From the NCBI RefSeq assembly GCF_036263595.1, contig NZ_DATAGQ010000110.1:220-64219 (forward strand): DNA of 64,000 bases, given 5' to 3'. How positions within the stretch are numbered: position 1 is the stretch's first letter; every line of letters begins with the position of its first letter. A program made the translations under genes and the position numbers. The notes under the pieces are model-generated. The model was not told the DNA's origin and ran no database searches. It saw nothing but the letters and a program-made list of their open reading frames with translations. Positions 47,273-57,424 of this stretch are shown here, in pieces. The DNA comes from Geminicoccus sp. (GTDB lineage: Bacteria > Pseudomonadota > Alphaproteobacteria > Geminicoccales > Geminicoccaceae).

Positions 47273-47695
47273 TCCACTCCCTCACTCGATCTGTGCGTGG
47301 CGCGTCCTGAACAAATAGGGTCGGCGGAAGTTTCTCAAGGGCGGCCGCCTGGACGACCTGCCGACATGGCAGCGGATGATCGCTCGCTGCCAGGCCTGCC
47401 GCGGCCGCCTCATCATGGGGTGCGCTATGCCAGGATCCTGGCTATCCGGCCGGGCCCGGCGCAGGCCGGACCATGCGCTGACATGGCGCGTCTCCAGTCC
47501 CGTGGCGATGATTGCCGCCACGGATTGAGACCCGGCGATGCTGCTGCCGCGGCCTGGCCCGGTCAGCACGGCCTGGACGGATGCCCTGCCCTGCCGCCTT
47601 CTCGACCATACATGCCTCACATTGTAGAATTGCTCGGTCCACGGCATCCACTCATGATTCCCTGGCCTCACACGTCATCCGGAGCGGGCAGGTCC

Positions 47696-49246
47696 ATGGT
47701 CGTCACATCGTCGGCTGAACGCGTCCTGATCGTGGGCGCCGGCCCGGCCGGCCTGTTCGCCGCGTGCGAGCTTGCCCGCCATGGCATCCCCACCCGCCTC
47801 GTGGAGCGCCGCGTCGACCCGCACCGAGAGGCGCGTGCCACCGCGATCCAGCCGGCCGTGCTGGAGGTGCTGGGCCGGGCGGGCGTGCTGCAGCCGTTCC
47901 TGGATGCCGGCGTGCCCGTCCGGCGCGTGCGGGTCATAGGTCCCAACGGCGAGGAGATCGCCGCCAGCACGTTCGACGGGATCGGCTGCCTGCACGAGCA
48001 CCAGTGCAGCCTCCCGCAATGGCGCACCGAGCAGATCCTGAACGACCATCTGGAGAAGCTTGGCGGCAGGGTCGAGCGCGGCGTGGAGGTGCTCGCCGTG
48101 GAGGACGCCGAGGTTGGCCTGACCGTGACCCTGCTCCATGCCGACGGTCGGACCGAGCAGGTCCCAGCGCAGTATGTCCTGGGTGCCGGCGGGGCGCACA
48201 GCATCACGCGGACGTCGATCCATGGCACGCTGGAAGGTGCCACCTATATCGGCGAGTTTGTCGCCGCCGACGTGCGCACGGACCTGCCGATCCCGCCCGA
48301 GGAAGCGCGGCTCTTCCTGGGCCCGCAGGGCCTGGTGCTGCTGGCCCCGCTTCCCGACCATCGCTGGATCATGTTCGTCGGGGTGGGCGAGGTCGCCGAC
48401 ACCCCGCCGGACGAAGCGCAGCTCGCTGCCCTGGTGAACCAGCGCCTCGGCCACGAGGCGGGCATCCATGACGCGCGCTGGATCAACTATTTCAGGATGC
48501 ACAACCGCATCGCTCCTCGGCTTTCGGAGGGCCGCCGCTTCCTCCTGGGTGATGCCGGCCACCTGTCCAGCCCGCTCGCCGGCGAAGGGCTCAACAGCGC
48601 GCTCATGGATGCCGCCGACATCGCCTGGAAGCTGGCGCTCGTCCTCCAAGGTTCGGCCCGCCCGATCCTGCTCGACAGCTATGCCATCGAGCGCAGCCTC
48701 GCCGACCATCACGTGCTCGACGTCTCGGACCGGACCCACCGGCACGTCATGGATCTCCTGGCGATGCTGGCCCAGGGCCAGGTGCCCGAGCCCGACGCGC
48801 CGGACGCTGCCCGTGATCTCGCCGGCCAGCGCACCCGCGCCATGCTCGACGTCTCCTATGCCGGCAGCCCCCTAGTGGGCGACCACCCGCCGGGTGCCCG
48901 GTCGGCCGAGCCCGCACCAGGTTCCCGCTTCCCCGACCGGGCCAGGCTCGCGGGCACCCGTCACCATCTCCTGGTGTTCGGCACGGCCGACCTGGAGCCG
49001 CTGCGCCGGCGCTGGTCCGGATTGGTGGAGATCCTGGACGGCGCGGCGTCAGGCTTCGACGCCACCCGCGCCGGCGTTTCCGATGGTGGGGCCGTGCTGA
49101 TCCGCCCGGACGGCATGATCGGCTTTCGCGCAAGCCCGGCCGATGGCCTCGGTCTGGCGGCGCTGGACGCGCATCTCGCCAGCTATCTCGTTCCCAAGGA
49201 ACGGACAGCGGCCGCCATCGACCAGGATCAGGACCTGTTCATTTGA
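47696..49246 (+). CDS. FAD-dependent aromatic-ring monooxygenase (PheA/TfdB family)
   Basis: ATG 47696 lies within ORF 46715..49246. It has VLIVGAGPAGLFAACELARHG, the DG motif, and GDAGHLSSPLAGEGLNSALMDA. Confidence 0.85.
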   Translation: MVVTSSAERVLIVGAGPAGLFAACELARHGIPTRLVERRVDPHREARATAIQPAVLEVLGRAGVLQPFLDAGVPVRRVRVIGPNGEEIAASTFDGIGCLHEHQCSLPQWRTEQILNDHLEKLGGRVERGVEVLAVEDAEVGLTVTLLHADGRTEQVPAQYVLGAGGAHSITRTSIHGTLEGATYIGEFVAADVRTDLPIPPEEARLFLGPQGLVLLAPLPDHRWIMFVGVGEVADTPPDEAQLAALVNQRLGHEAGIHDARWINYFRMHNRIAPRLSEGRRFLLGDAGHLSSPLAGEGLNSALMDAADIAWKLALVLQGSARPILLDSYAIERSLADHHVLDVSDRTHRHVMDLLAMLAQGQVPEPDAPDAARDLAGQRTRAMLDVSYAGSPLVGDHPPGARSAEPAPGSRFPDRARLAGTRHHLLVFGTADLEPLRRRWSGLVEILDGAASGFDATRAGVSDGGAVLIRPDGMIGFRASPADGLGLAALDAHLASYLVPKERTAAAIDQDQDLFI

Positions 49247-49432
49247 TGCGAGGGGGTGGTTGGTTTGCTATCGGAGGAGGTTCTGATGGCCCGTCTGTTC
49301 TTGTCGAGCGGAAGTCGAGTGCTCACCGAAGGCCTGCCGGGCGACCATCGCATCACCCGCCTGACGCCGTCGCACCTGCCGCCGGCCAGGGGCTTTCTGG
49401 CCGACAAAGGCGACGTCGCCGACTGGCGCTGA

Positions 49433-50029
49433 TCATGGGTCCTGGTCCTTGGCGGCGGCATGCCCCCTGTGCTCGCGGCTCTGCCGATCTGACAGGATGG
49501 CGCTTGCGATGACATCGAAGAGACGATTGGCGCGCGGCGCGAGCGACGGTTGGTCGTTGAGCCATGCAAGTGCTCCGACTAGTGCGAACAGGTCGACGCC
49601 ATCGATGTCGGTCCGCGCCATGCTCTCGGCCTGCGCACGGGACAGGAGCCGCGTGCCGGCCGCGCGCATCGTGACGCAGGATGCATGGAGGGCGGACTCT
49701 GGATCAGCGATGGCAGCCACCATCGAGGCAATGGCACCACTGTAGGCATGTGCGACGGCGACTGCCTCGCGTAGCCACGACACCAGAGCCTGGTCGGGCG
49801 AGCCCGACATTTCGAGTTCGCTCGCCCTTGCCGTCAGCTCGTCGAAGCTCGCGCGGAGCAAGGCCTCGAGCAACGCCTCCCGCGTCGGGAAGTGACGGTA
49901 CAACGTGCCGAGGCCGACGCCGGCTCTGCGGGCGACATCGCGCAGCGATGCGTCGGCGCCTTGTTCGGCCACGACCTCGCGCGCGGCCGCGAGTAGCTGG
50001 TCATGGTTCTTTTTCGCGTCGGCTCGCAT
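49433..50029 (-). CDS. TetR family transcriptional regulator
   Basis: N-terminal HTH (ASLRDVARRAGVGLGTLYRHFPTREALL); 198 aa. Confidence 0.9.
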   Translation of the reverse strand: MRADAKKNHDQLLAAAREVVAEQGADASLRDVARRAGVGLGTLYRHFPTREALLEALLRASFDELTARASELEMSGSPDQALVSWLREAVAVAHAYSGAIASMVAAIADPESALHASCVTMRAAGTRLLSRAQAESMARTDIDGVDLFALVGALAWLNDQPSLAPRANRLFDVIASAILSDRQSREHRGHAAAKDQDP

Positions 50030-50117
50030 CGGCCCAACTTGACAAACGGAGCGGTGATCCGAATATCCGGAATAGCGCTCCGCTTATGATAGTGGATTTG
50101 CCTTGAAGGAGAAAGCG

Positions 50118-51125
50118 ATGCCGACGAACACGATGAACGCGATCCGGCTCCACGCGTTCGGTGGCCCCGAGGTGCTGCGTTACGAGGAGGTGCCGCTTCC
50201 CGAGCTGAGGCCGGGCGAGGTATTGGTCCGCGTTCACGCCGTCGGCATCAATCCTCCCGACTGGTACCTGCGCGACGGGTACAAGGCAGTTCCCGGGTTC
50301 AAGCCGCCGGTCACCTTGCCCGTCATCCCGGGATCGGACGTGTCGGGCGTCGTCGAGGCTGTCGCGGAGGATGTGCAGAGCTTCGTCGCCGGCGATGAGG
50401 TCTTCGGCATGGTTCGCTTTCCCAGCTTCGGGGACAGCGCTGCCTATGCCGAGTACGTCGCCGCACCTGCGTCGGACCTGGCACGCAAGCCGGCCGGCAT
50501 CGATCACGTGCACGCCGCAGGCGCGCCGATGTCAGGTCTCACTGCGTGGCAGTTCCTGATCGAGCTTGGGCACAACGAACCGAACCCGTTTCAATCGGAG
50601 TCGCATCGTCCGGTGCCGCTCGACGGCAGGACGGTGCTCGTCAACGGTGCCGCGGGCGGCCTCGGGCACGTCGCGGTCCAGCTGGCGAAGTGGAAGGGTG
50701 CACACGTCATCGCCGTGGCATCCGGCGCGCAGGAAGCCTTCCTGCGCGAGATCGGCGCCGACGCGTTCATCGACTACACCAGGAGCCCTCCCGAGGACGT
50801 GGCGCATGACGTTGATCTCGTCCTCGATACCCTCGGCGGCCCCACCACCGGTCGTTTCCTGCGCACGCTCAAGCGTGGCGGCGCCTTGTTCCCGGTGTTC
50901 TTGGGCTTCTCCGATGCTGAGGAGGCGGCGAAGCTGGGCATCACCGTCTCGATGACCCAGGTGCGCTCGAATGGCGCGCAGCTCACGGAACTTGGGCGCT
51001 TGCTCGATGCAGGCACGGTCCGCGTCGCCATCGACAGCACCTATCCGCTCGCGGATGCTCGAAGGGCGCACGAGCGGGCTGCCCGCGGGCACATCCAGGG
51101 CAAGATCGCACTGACGGTCGCGTGA
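50118..51125 (+). CDS. NADP-dependent oxidoreductase (MDR/quinone oxidoreductase-like)
   Basis: ATG 50118 follows AAGGAG. It has GEVLVRVHAVGINPPD and NGAAGGLGHVAVQLAK; divergent from tetR. Confidence 0.9.
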   Translation: MPTNTMNAIRLHAFGGPEVLRYEEVPLPELRPGEVLVRVHAVGINPPDWYLRDGYKAVPGFKPPVTLPVIPGSDVSGVVEAVAEDVQSFVAGDEVFGMVRFPSFGDSAAYAEYVAAPASDLARKPAGIDHVHAAGAPMSGLTAWQFLIELGHNEPNPFQSESHRPVPLDGRTVLVNGAAGGLGHVAVQLAKWKGAHVIAVASGAQEAFLREIGADAFIDYTRSPPEDVAHDVDLVLDTLGGPTTGRFLRTLKRGGALFPVFLGFSDAEEAAKLGITVSMTQVRSNGAQLTELGRLLDAGTVRVAIDSTYPLADARRAHERAARGHIQGKIALTVA

Positions 51126-51380
51126 CGACGAACAATCGAACGATCAAGGAAGAAGCCTGCACCTCATCCCGGAATGACAGGCCCAGGGCCTTGCTCGTGC
51201 CGCCAAGGCCGCAGAGCGGATGGCGCTGGCAGCCTGCCTGACGATCGGTACCCGCCGTTGACCTCGTGAAGCCGCAAGATATAGTCAACTGCCAATAGCA
51301 CGGCACCATGGTCTGCCGCACCGCGGCGCGAATGTCTTGCAGAAGTGCCGGTGGCCAAGAACGATCAGACAGGGAGAGCA

Positions 51381-52400
51381 ATGATGAAGATGACCAGGAC
51401 ACTGGCCAGGATGAGTTTGGCCTGTCTGGCCGGCGTCGCCGGCTTCGCGGTCAACGGCATGGTTGCCAGCACGGCGTCCGCCGACATCACGCTCGTCGGT
51501 GCCAGCCAGTTCGACGAAAACCACGCCTTCACCAGGACGATGCGCAAGTTCGAGGAGCTGGTGAACGCCTGCTATACCGACGAGCCGATCGTCTGGGAAA
51601 TGCACCTCAACTCGGAGCTCGGCCTCGAGAAGGACTATGTCGCCTTCATGAACCAGGGGCTGTCGGTGGACTATGCGGTGGCCTCGCCCGCGCACATGTC
51701 CACCTTCTCGAAGATGGCGCCGTTGATGGACATGCCCTTCCTGTTCCGCGACGAGGATCATTGGCGCAAGGTGCTGGACGCCGACGCGTTGAAGCCCGTT
51801 GCCGACGACATCCTGGAAAAGGCCGACATCCGCCTTCTCGGCTATGCCGGCGGCGGGACGCGCAACATCTTCGCGACCGAACCGCTGACGACCATGGAGG
51901 ACCTGAAGGGCCTGCCGATCCGCATGCAGGGCGCGCCGATCTGGACCAGCGTGTTCGACGCGCTGGGCGCGGCACCCACGGTGATCGCCTATAACGAGGT
52001 GTATAACGGCATCCAGACGGGCGTCATCAAGGCCGGCGAGAACGAGGCGGCCGGGGTCGAGCAGATGAAGTTCTACGAGGTGGGGCCGCATCTTGCCCTC
52101 ACCAAGCACGCCATCACCATTCGACCGCTGTTCATCTCCAACAAGACCTATCAGCGCCTGCCGGAGAAGCTGCAGCAATGCGTCGACCAGGCAGGCCCCG
52201 AGGCCGGCAAGTTCGGCCGTGAGGCAGAGAGCAAGGAGGACGCGGCCAAGGTGCAGGCCATGGTGGAGAAGGGATGGCTCACGACCCACGAGTTCACCGA
52301 GCGCGACAAGATGCTGGAACTCGCCACCCCCGTGCTGGAAACCTATGCCGAGGAGCTCGGTGCTACCGACGTGCTGAAGGCGGTGCAGGGCATCAACTGA
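51381..52400 (+). CDS. TRAP transporter substrate-binding protein (DctP family)
   Basis: ATG 51381 follows GGGAGAG, then a signal peptide. The DctP-type body is followed by the Q and M subunits. Confidence 0.9.
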   Translation: MMKMTRTLARMSLACLAGVAGFAVNGMVASTASADITLVGASQFDENHAFTRTMRKFEELVNACYTDEPIVWEMHLNSELGLEKDYVAFMNQGLSVDYAVASPAHMSTFSKMAPLMDMPFLFRDEDHWRKVLDADALKPVADDILEKADIRLLGYAGGGTRNIFATEPLTTMEDLKGLPIRMQGAPIWTSVFDALGAAPTVIAYNEVYNGIQTGVIKAGENEAAGVEQMKFYEVGPHLALTKHAITIRPLFISNKTYQRLPEKLQQCVDQAGPEAGKFGREAESKEDAAKVQAMVEKGWLTTHEFTERDKMLELATPVLETYAEELGATDVLKAVQGIN

Positions 52401-52493
52401 GCCGGCACCGCTGAGACCGGCGGGGCCGGCCCAGTCCTCGCCCGGTCGCTTCCCCGCCAGATCCCGCCTTTCCTTCAGCCCACGGGAGCAGTC

Positions 52494-52976
52494 ATGACCC
52501 GCGTGCTCGACGCCGTCCATTTCGCGCTGAAGCTGGCGCTGGGGCTGCTCATCGCCGGCCTGCTCGTCCCGGTGACAATGCAGGTCCTGGCCCGCTTCAT
52601 CGACGTCGTACCGCGCTATATCTGGACCGAGGAGATCGCCCGGTTCTGCTTTGTCTGGATGATCATGGTCGGGGCCATGTGTGCCGTGCGCGACGGCACG
52701 CATTTCGACCTCGAGGTGCTGCCGGAATCGGCCAACCCCAAGGTCGAGGCGGCCAAGCGGATCTTCGTCCACCTGATGATGTTCATCGTCGCGATGATCT
52801 TCATCTGGTACGGCTGGCAGTTCCTTCTGTTCGGCTGGCACCAGACCTCGGAGATCGCCGAGCTGCCGATGAACTGGATCTTCGTCGCCTGGCCGTTGAC
52901 CGGCGTCGTCACCGTGCTGTTCCTGGTCGAGAAGATCATGAAGGAGTCGGCCATCTTCAAAGGTGCAGCAGAATGA
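52494..52976 (+). CDS. TRAP transporter small permease (DctQ family)
   Basis: 160 aa with four TM helices. The stop overlaps the dctM start (ATGA). Confidence 0.9.
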   Translation: MTRVLDAVHFALKLALGLLIAGLLVPVTMQVLARFIDVVPRYIWTEEIARFCFVWMIMVGAMCAVRDGTHFDLEVLPESANPKVEAAKRIFVHLMMFIVAMIFIWYGWQFLLFGWHQTSEIAELPMNWIFVAWPLTGVVTVLFLVEKIMKESAIFKGAAE

Positions 52977-54276
52977 CGCCTGGTCTCGTCGCGGCCATCC
53001 TGTTCGGCCTTCTGTTCGTGCTCATCGTGCTGCGCGTCCCCGTCGCCTTCGCCCTCATCCTGGCATGCATGCCGATCTTCTTCCTGGAGCCGCGCCTGAC
53101 GCCCATCCTGGTCCTGCAGGAGATGTTCCGCTCCTACAATTCCTTTGTGCTGCTGGCCGTGCCCTTCTTTCTTCTCGCCGCCAACCTGATGAATGCGGCC
53201 GGCATCACCGACCGGCTGATCCGCCTGTCGCGCGCCATGGTCGGCCATCTGCCGGGCGGCCTGGGCCACGTGAACGTCGTGGTGTCGATGTTCTTTGCCG
53301 GTATCTCGGGCAGCTCCACGGCCGATGCCGCCGGCATCGGCTCCCTGCTGATCCCGCAGATGAAGAAGGAAGGCTTCTCCTCCTCGTTCTCGGTGGCGGT
53401 GACGGCCTGTTCCTCCGTCATGGGCGTCATCATCCCGCCCTCCATTCTCATGGTCGTCTGGGGCGGCCTGATGTCGATCTCCATCGGCGGGCTGTTCATC
53501 GCCGGCATCATTCCCGGCATCCTGATCGGGCTGGCGCAGATGGTCGCGGTCTACGTCTATGCACGCCGCCACGGCATGGGGCTGCACGACCGCGCCACGC
53601 CGCGCGAGTTCGGGTCGGCTCTGCTCAGCGCCGTCTTGGCGCTGCTGACGCCCGTGATCATCGTGGGCGGGATCGTGGGCGGGTTCTTCACGCCGACGGA
53701 GGCCTCGGTGGTGGCGGCGCTCTATGCGCTGGTGCTCGGTCTGGTCGTCTATCGGACAGTGAGGCCCCGAGAGCTGGCGAACGTCTTCTACGACACCGGC
53801 CGGTTCGCAGCGATCGCCCTGTTCTGCATCGGCACCGCGAGCGCGTTCGGCTGGACGCTCGCCTATTTCAAGATCCCGGCCGCCCTGGTCGCCTATGTGC
53901 AGGTCATGGATCTCGGCGTGACCGAAATGGGCTTGGCCGTGGCCATCGCGTTCCTGATCATCGGCTGCTTCATCGACGCGATTCCGGCCATCATCATCCT
54001 CGGCACCGTGCTGTTCCCGGTGACCCAGGAAGTCGGCATGCATCCGATCATTTCGCGATGATCGGCATCATCAGCCTGGCCTTCGGCCTGATGACTCCAC
54101 CCTACGGGCTCTGCCTTCTCATCTCCTGCTCGATCGGCGGCATCTCGGTGAAGGCGGCCATGCGCGACGTGGCGCTCATCCTCCTGCCGATGTTGGCGAT
54201 CCTGGCGCTCGTGGTCTTCTTTCCGGTCATCTCGCTGGGCCTGCCTCGCCTGATGATGCCGCAGTTCGTGAACTGA
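52973..54276 (+). pseudogene. TRAP transporter large permease (DctM family), single-base frameshift near 54049
   Basis: The frame from ATG 52973 stops at 54061 (..GMHPIISR*). The -1 frame continues HFAMIGIISLAFGLMTPPYG.. to 54276. Restoring ATC-CAT (a second C at 54049) gives the conserved ..HPIHFAMI.. junction. Confidence 0.85.
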
Positions 54277-55098
54277 CCCGGCGGGGCCGTTCGCTCCGGT
54301 CCGATGGCGGCAGTTCCACTGATCGACATGCATCCCCTTGCGATCCGGTTGCACCAGGAGAGCATGACGGCGCTGGCCAAGGGCTATGGCGTCAGCCCAA
54401 CCCGATACAGGGGTGGTGCCGTGCGGCAGACGACGACGGGCGCGCGCACGGAAGCAAAAAGAAATCCAAGCCACTGTGTTGACGTTGCGGGAAGAGACGA
54501 TCATCGTCATCTTCCGCCGGCGTAGCCTGCTGCCGCTGAACGACTGCCTCTACACGCGAAGCCCGATGGCATCAGCCGTCTGCAAGGTCGAGGGCGGCAG
54601 GCCTGCAAGAAGCGCTTTGCCAGCTATCGACGGTTTATGCCTGGCAGGTTCTGCTGCCGGCCGATTCGCCGATGGATGGTGAAGTTGCTCTACGCGTAGG
54701 AACTGTCGGCCCGCCGCCGTCTTTTCTTGTGGCGTAGCGGTCGGCCCCAGGGCCCTGAATGTGCTGGCGGACGGGACGCATCTGCGATGCTTGCCTGTGC
54801 TGCGAGATCCTTCTGCGATGGCCAGCACATGCCATCGTGATGCGCGCAGCTTCAAAGCGCGATCAGTACGAGTTTCGGTCCAGTTGGCGTCTTGAGCGAT
54901 AACGCTCAAGACATGCATTCGGTCGACATGCGCCTCTGACAAGCTGAGTGATCAAATCGGCCGCAGACCTTCTGCCGGCAAAGATCCGCTTGAGCCGGAT
55001 GCCTCCGGACCAGTTCAGCACAAGTATTTCACGCACAAGGGAGTAAATAGATTTCAAATTGATCTGCGATATCTAGCGGAAGACGAGATAAAGCTGCC

Positions 55099-55374
55099 AT
55101 GAGCGACGAGATCATTGAAGCCATCAACGACGCGGCATGCCTGACATGGCTATGCTCAGCGGTGGCAGGCACGAAGCCGAAAGCATTCGACAAGCGATTG
55201 GACAGCGGCGATCCTGAGCTGCTGGCTTACATCGGCCGTCTATCCCAGGCATGGCGGCGACGTTGCGGTGGAACCTATCCGCATGGGATCGCCATCTACG
55301 CGCGGCAGAACCTCGATGTTGAGACGCTGCAACCGCCGCCGGACAAGCTGCTATGCCAGTATTTCGGGATGTGA
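55099..55374 (+). CDS. hypothetical protein (weak)
   Basis: An ATG-started 91-aa ORF in a lower-GC region. It has no SD and no recognised family. Confidence 0.25.
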   Translation: MSDEIIEAINDAACLTWLCSAVAGTKPKAFDKRLDSGDPELLAYIGRLSQAWRRRCGGTYPHGIAIYARQNLDVETLQPPPDKLLCQYFGM

Positions 55375-55610
55375 GACTGGCTGAAAACGGTGGTCTTGGT
55401 CCACAGTCGATAGCTGCATGGTTCCGGGAGGAGGTGGCGCGGGTTGATCTTGGAGATGGATGGATCGGCCTTTCAGGCATCACGGACGGCTGGAACGGTG
55501 TTCGCCATCGCAGCGCCTTGAACTGCTTGGCGAAAATGCAGGCGGCAACGAGCGGCGGGATGCGGGCTCCGGACCTGGGCACCATCCGGGACTGCCGAAA
55601 GGAGAAAAGT

Positions 55611-56075
55611 GTGACCGTCATCACCCCAGGCCAGATGGTCGTGGAGGAGAATTCGCCGGAAAGCCCCTGCGGCCCCAGCCGGAGCTTGTGGATCAGCGAG
55701 GCCGGCGGCCTCACCCAGTTCGGCGCCTTCATCGAGATCCTGCCGCCCGGCTCCCGCTCCTCGATCAGGCACTGGCACAGCTCGGAGGACGAGATGGTCT
55801 ATGTCCTGGAGGGCGAGATCACGCTCATCGAGGGTGACACCGAAACACGGCTGCACCCAGGCGACGCCGCGACCTTCCGCGCCGGCGAGGCGGTCGGCCA
55901 CTACCTGGAGAACCACAGCCAGGCGCCGACCCGCTGCCTCGTGATGGGCACTCGCGCGCCTGTCGATACGATCACCTACCCGGACCACGACCGCATCTGC
56001 CACCGCGACCGCTCGCAGCCGGACGACCGCTGGACCGATGGACAGGGCCATCCGGCGTCCAGCCCCTACGGCTAG
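55611..56075 (+). CDS. cupin domain-containing protein
   Basis: GTG 55611 follows AGGAGAAAAG. It has the cupin motifs HWHSSEDEMVYVLEG and GDAATFRAGEAVGH. The upstream part of ORF 55353.. is not counted. Confidence 0.75.
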   Translation: MTVITPGQMVVEENSPESPCGPSRSLWISEAGGLTQFGAFIEILPPGSRSSIRHWHSSEDEMVYVLEGEITLIEGDTETRLHPGDAATFRAGEAVGHYLENHSQAPTRCLVMGTRAPVDTITYPDHDRICHRDRSQPDDRWTDGQGHPASSPYG

Positions 56076-56244
56076 CACCGCCTGCCCGTCTTGGCCTCCG
56101 TTGGAAGGCTTCCGGCGGACGGTTGCACAACCGAACCTGCGCGCAGGCCCAGGCAGAACAGCGCACGGCCACGAGGACCGTGCGCTGTTCGCCAGCTTGC
56201 CTGGCTGGTCCGTTTGTGGCCGACCGGGCCGGCGGATCCGGCGG

Positions 56245-56804
56245 CTAGAGCCCCAGGCCCCGCAGGATCTGGTTGATCCGGTTCACCACGCCCAGGAGAT
56301 TCTGGAGCAGGCCGGGACCGTTCAGCAGGTTCGCCAGCCCGCAGAGCAGGTCGCCCAGGAGCCCGCCGCCAGGCACGGCCTCGATGTCGAGGTTGATCGG
56401 GCTCAGGTCGATCACCAGGCCCAGCAGGTCGAGGTGGATCGCCCCGATATCGAGATCGAGGATGGAACATACGGCCTGGGCCGAGACGGCGTCCCCGGCG
56501 GCCCCTTGGGTCAACGTCGCGGGCGCGCTGAACTGCTGCGGTTTGGCACCCGCGATGGCGCCGCTCACCGGCGTGATCACGCCGCTCACCGAAAGGCCGC
56601 GAGTCTTCGGATCGACCTTGAGCGACTGGATCAGGACATCCGCCGTGACATCGCCGCTGGCAGAGACGCTCCTGAATGTGCCGGTCGCGCCCTTGAGCAG
56701 GAGCCCACCTTTGGGTCGTGCCTGTGCTGTGTCGGCACCCACCATCGACAGAAGTCCACTGGCGGCAGCCAAGGTCCCGATGAAAGTACAGTACGGCGTT
56801 CCAT
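56245..56804 (-). CDS. secreted protein of unknown function (Leu/Gly/Asp-rich C-terminal module); start out of frame by one base
   Basis: AGGAGG, a 7-nt spacer and ATG (56804) form an ideal start but sit one base out of frame with the long ORF. One extra T (minus strand) in the run at 56783-56785 would give MERRTVLFIGTLAAASGLLSMVGADTAQA, a textbook signal peptide. Confidence 0.55.
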
Positions 56805-57181
56805 GAATTAGCCTCCTGAGTGACGGTCGGCCCGTCTTCTTCAGATTAGTTGCATCTCGCAAACAGGCCCGCGCGCAGCTCAGTTCCTGCAACTATGGTC
56901 TGTGTATCATTTTGCATGACCAGTTCATTTATTATTAATGGACCTGAGCGAGCAGCTAACATTTACTTTTCTACATGACTTAATGTTGACTGTTCGGATA
57001 ACTTCTCATTCGCTGCGGCTCCAGGGCATCTTCGATGGCGGTCAAGGCGTCGACCTCGTCACACCGAGCCGTACGACAAAGGGCCGAAGGCATGTCGTCA
57101 AAGGGTGGGGCTGGTCTGGCCGCGTTTGGTCGGGGTGATGAGATCCACCGTGCTGACGAACGCGCCCCAGCCTGACCGTGA

Positions 57182-57424
57182 TCAGGCTGGATCGCGTCCG
57201 CTCCACGCCATGCGCTCGATGTCGTTTCGGGTCAGGCCAAGATCGCGGAGCAGGTGATCGTCGAGAGCTGCGAGTTCCCGGATCGCGCGCTGCGCCCGGT
57301 ACATGCGCCGGATCGAGGTCACCAAGCGCGCCAAGCCCGCCCATGGGTGCACAAGCTGGACTGGCTCCTCGGCAACCTGCCTGGCATCGAAGAGGCGCAG
57401 CGCAGCAAGAGCCGTCATGACCAT
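57182..57424 (-). CDS. DUF1127 domain-containing small protein
   Basis: 80 aa. The C-terminal RAIRELAALDDHLLRDLGLTRNDIE is the DUF1127 signature. Confidence 0.8.
   Translation of the reverse strand: MVMTALAALRLFDARQVAEEPVQLVHPWAGLARLVTSIRRMYRAQRAIRELAALDDHLLRDLGLTRNDIERMAWSGRDPA

Noticed and set aside
54863-55057. A 64-codon minus-strand ORF (..VREILVLNWSGGIRLKRIF..) as a tyrosine-integrase fragment.
   Set aside because: The only resemblance is a loose R-x-x-E-x-L-x-L-x-W string. None of the downstream recombinase motifs follow. This is too weak to annotate.
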